A DNA stretch of 34,240 bases. Source: Solirubrobacteraceae bacterium (GTDB taxonomy: Bacteria > Actinomycetota > Thermoleophilia > Solirubrobacterales > Solirubrobacteraceae). The notes under the pieces are model-generated. The model saw only the letters and a list, made by a program, of their open reading frames with translations, searched no databases and was not told the DNA's origin. Location: contig JAWVFY010000309.1 of NCBI GenBank assembly GCA_033855575.1, forward strand, positions 1 to 34,240, in the 5' to 3' direction. The position numbers were made by a program, and so were the translations under genes. Of the stretch, positions 31,630-34,240 are shown piece after piece. Every line of letters begins with the position of its first letter. Positions within the stretch are counted from its first letter, which is position 1.

Positions 31630-33038
31630 CGCCCCGCCCCGATCGGCGGCCCGGTTCGCGCGGTGTGGCGGCCCGCGGTCGCCCGGGGGTGGCCGATGTC
31701 CTGACCGGGCAGGTAGCGCTCGTTGCCCGCCTCGCAGGCCGTCGCGTCCTCGCGGGGGTACGGGTCGAAGTGGAGGTCCGGAGCGGCCGTGGCGGACTGC
31801 GGGCTCTGCGAGGAGCTCAGGATCAGGGCGGTCGTCAGCCAGGATCCCGCGGCGTCGCCGTCGCTGAGCGCCGAGGACTGGTTTCGCACCCACAGCCCGA
31901 TGACGTTGCAGGCGAGCTGGGCCTGCGCGGCCGAGTGCAGGATCCCACCGAGGCCGAGGAACAGGGAGGTCGAGAAGGTCGGCAGGTCCTGGCCGTGCAG
32001 CGCAGCGATCGCGCCGATCGAAGCCGGGTCGCGAGCGAAGCGATCGACGGCCGAGAACGCAGCCGCCAGCGGGCGCGACAGCCGCGGGACCCGCCGAAGG
32101 ATCGGCGTCGTGTCGAGCAGCACGCTGTCGAGGTTGCGCGCGGCGGCGGGGAGCAGCCGCGCGCCCGGGAGAAGCCCTCGGCTGACCGCCGCGGCGTCCG
32201 CGAGGACCGGGCGCAGGTCGCGCATCGTCGTGGTGGCGACCGACTCGGTCGGCGGGAGGCGTTCGATCGTGTCGCCGAGGGACGCGCCCGTGGCCTGAAG
32301 CGCCTGCAGGGTCGTCGTCGCGTGGTCGACCAGGGCGTTGAGCTGGCCAGCGAGCGGTGCGAGCGCGCTGGCCGCCGATGCCGCGCCGTCGATGAACCCG
32401 GCCAGCCCCGTGGCGGGATCGGCGAGCGTCTCGAGGATCCGCTGGAGCGGCGGCAGGAGGCGCCGCGTCGAGGCGATCGCCGCGTTGATCGCCGTGCCGC
32501 GACCGGCGAACGTGTCACCGAGCTCGCCGATGGTGGAGCGCAACCCGGTGGCGGTCTTGCCCCCGAAGGCCCGGAAGGCCTGGTCGAGGTCGACGATCGG
32601 GACGTTGTCGGCGAGCGGCAGCACCCCACCGTCGGGCACCATCCGGCGCGACCGGCCGGGGGTCAGCTCGAGGTACTTGCCGCCCAGCAGCGAGGAGAGG
32701 CGGATCTTCGTCGCCGTGTCGACGGGGAGCGCCTCTGCCCCCAGGTCCGTCAGGGCCAGGCCGAGCCGGGCGAACGGCGGGCGGCTGCCGCGCGCGGGCA
32801 TGGCGGTGATGCTGAGGACCTGCCCCACGCGCGCGCCTCCCACGCGGACGTCGGCGTTCTTGGTCATCTCGGCGGCGTTGGGGACGTCCACCGAGAGCCG
32901 GTAGGTCGGCTGGAACGGCAGCCCGTTCTGCGCGTGGTAGGAGATCCAGACGATGCCGGCCAGCGCGAGGATGATGAGCGTGCCCGCCAGCTCCGGATAG
33001 CGGCGCATGACCTTGAAGCGGGCGCGGCCGGAGCTCAT
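31626..33038 (-). CDS. Mce-family (MlaD-domain) protein
   Basis: A 470-aa protein starting MSSGRARFKVMRRYPELAGTLIILALAGIVWISY. The Mce domain is YRLSVDVPNAAEMTKNADVRVGGARVGQVLSI. The ATG at 33036-33038 overlaps the upstream stop (ATGA), with ATG 33008 as an alternative. The ORF-track extension to 34034 is Arg-rich nonsense in the same frame. Confidence 0.85.
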   Translation of the reverse strand: MSSGRARFKVMRRYPELAGTLIILALAGIVWISYHAQNGLPFQPTYRLSVDVPNAAEMTKNADVRVGGARVGQVLSITAMPARGSRPPFARLGLALTDLGAEALPVDTATKIRLSSLLGGKYLELTPGRSRRMVPDGGVLPLADNVPIVDLDQAFRAFGGKTATGLRSTIGELGDTFAGRGTAINAAIASTRRLLPPLQRILETLADPATGLAGFIDGAASAASALAPLAGQLNALVDHATTTLQALQATGASLGDTIERLPPTESVATTTMRDLRPVLADAAAVSRGLLPGARLLPAAARNLDSVLLDTTPILRRVPRLSRPLAAAFSAVDRFARDPASIGAIAALHGQDLPTFSTSLFLGLGGILHSAAQAQLACNVIGLWVRNQSSALSDGDAAGSWLTTALILSSSQSPQSATAAPDLHFDPYPREDATACEAGNERYLPGQDIGHPRATAGRHTARTGPPIGAGR

Positions 33039-34240
33039 GGCCGCAGGAGGTAGTCGAGGACCGTGCGGGATGCCCGGGCGCCGCCGGCCGCGCCGTCCGC
33101 GCCGTAGTTCGCGCTGCAGCCGGCCACCGGTGCCGTGGCGTAGGCGGTGCAGGCGGGCTCGACGAGGATGTGGGCGGGCAGGATGTGCGAGACCGAGTCG
33201 AAGCGCGATGTCGCCGAGCCGACGTAGTAGAAGAGCGAGAGCAGGTTCTCGACGAAGCCCTTGTCGCGCAGGTCGGCGTAGAGCCGGCCGCTGAGCTCGG
33301 AGGCGGGCAGGGAGCGCACCGCGTAGTCCCGCAGCGTCGCGACCACGGGCGCGAGGCGTCGCGAGGCGGCCGTTCCGCGTCGCAGCGCCGAACCGAGTCC
33401 GCGCGTCGCCGCGGGCGCCGCGCGCGCGAACGCCGGGATATCGGCGCTCACGCGCCCCAGGTCGGGTGCCGCGGCACGCAGCGAGCGCAGCAGGGGCGTG
33501 CCGGCGGCCGCCACGGTGTCGAGGGCGCGCAGCGACCCCCGGGTCTCGCGCAGCGTCGCAGGCAGGCGCGCCACGGTCTGCGAGAGCGCGTCGCGGTGCT
33601 GTGCGATCGCCGTCGTGACGCCCGCGGCGGACTCGATGAACTGCTGCGCGCGGCCGCGCCGCGGCGCCAGGCGCCCGAGGAGGCGGTCGGACGCCTCGAC
33701 CATGGTGGCGAGCTGGCTGCGCTGCCTTCCGACGAGCTCCAGCGTCCGCCGGGCCGCCAGCAGCGTCGGGTTCGCCCGGCGGATGATCGCGTTGATGTCC
33801 TCGCCACGACCGGCGGTGGCGATCCCCAGCTCGTTGACGATCACGCTGAAGCGATCGCGGGTCGGCGTGTCGAAGATGTTGAAGAGGTCGGTGAGGTTGA
33901 CCGGCTCGGTGGTGTGGCTCACCACCACCGTCGGCGTCCCGTCGCGACCGGGGGGCAGCACCTGGGCGTCCTGTGTCCCGGGGTCGCACTCGACGTAGTT
34001 CTCCGCGATCAGGCCCTCGGGTCGGATCGTGCACGTGGCGTCGGCATGGAACGGGGCGAACCGGGGATCGACGCTCAGCTGGATCCGGGCCTGGTAGCGG
34101 GCGGTCAGCCTGACGTCGTCGATCCTGCCCACGCGGGCGCCGGCGATCTTGACGAGCTGGCCGGCGACGAGCCCGCGCGCGTCGTCGAAGATCGCGTTGA
34201 CCCGGTAGGGCGAGTCGCTCGCCGCGGCGCCGCCCCGGCC
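33035..34240 (-). CDS. Mce-family (MlaD-domain) protein, 5'-truncated by the window edge
   Basis: The frame stays open from 34132 to the window end. It reads GRGGAAASDSPYRVNAIFDDARGLVAGQLVKIAGARVGRIDDVRL, the core of the Mce domain. The GTG at 34132 used by the ORF track is therefore internal, and the N-terminus lies outside the window. Confidence 0.8.
   Translation of the reverse strand, partial: GRGGAAASDSPYRVNAIFDDARGLVAGQLVKIAGARVGRIDDVRLTARYQARIQLSVDPRFAPFHADATCTIRPEGLIAENYVECDPGTQDAQVLPPGRDGTPTVVVSHTTEPVNLTDLFNIFDTPTRDRFSVIVNELGIATAGRGEDINAIIRRANPTLLAARRTLELVGRQRSQLATMVEASDRLLGRLAPRRGRAQQFIESAAGVTTAIAQHRDALSQTVARLPATLRETRGSLRALDTVAAAGTPLLRSLRAAAPDLGRVSADIPAFARAAPAATRGLGSALRRGTAASRRLAPVVATLRDYAVRSLPASELSGRLYADLRDKGFVENLLSLFYYVGSATSRFDSVSHILPAHILVEPACTAYATAPVAGCSANYGADGAAGGARASRTVLDYLLRP

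Overview
This is a very GC-rich, actinobacterium-like chromosomal segment. Genes are tightly packed and many overlap start-to-stop (ATGA, GTGA, TTGA, TGATG). All calls come from reading the ORF-track proteins and the DNA for motifs; no searches were run.

Layout, left to right:
1. 52..4628 (-): a five-gene lipid beta-oxidation operon (acyl-CoA dehydrogenase, SCP2-type thiolase, SRPBCC protein, MaoC double-hotdog hydratase, MFE-2-type SDR).
2. 4657..4690: an AT-rich 34-bp palindrome in the divergent promoter region. It is followed on the + strand by a TetR regulator and four signal-peptide proteins: a six-Asp-box propeller, an esterase, a 719-aa GCSGG hydrolase-like protein and an LVIVD-like propeller (4699..12200).
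3. 12216..12832 (+): a vapBC toxin-antitoxin pair.
4. 12859..15259 (-): a SAM methyltransferase and a GT-C-like membrane protein.
5. 15293..27165 (-): the most interesting part, a roughly 12-kb, ten-gene, translationally coupled operon. It is headed by a clear guanidine-I (ykkC) riboswitch with a terminator expression platform. It encodes an isochorismatase-like cysteine hydrolase, an Opp/Dpp-type ABC importer, an MBL-fold hydrolase, two DUF1989 (carboxyguanidine-deiminase-like) proteins, a urea/guanidine-carboxylase carboxyltransferase domain with no biotin carboxylase or BCCP domains, and allophanate hydrolase.
6. 27389..27497 (-): a short relic of an EAL-domain gene.
7. 27519..34240 (-): five consecutive mce (MlaD-domain) genes, the right-most cut by the window edge.

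No rRNA, tRNA, CRISPR array or transposase was recognised. Many long ORFs in the track are antisense or out-of-frame artefacts of the GC content.
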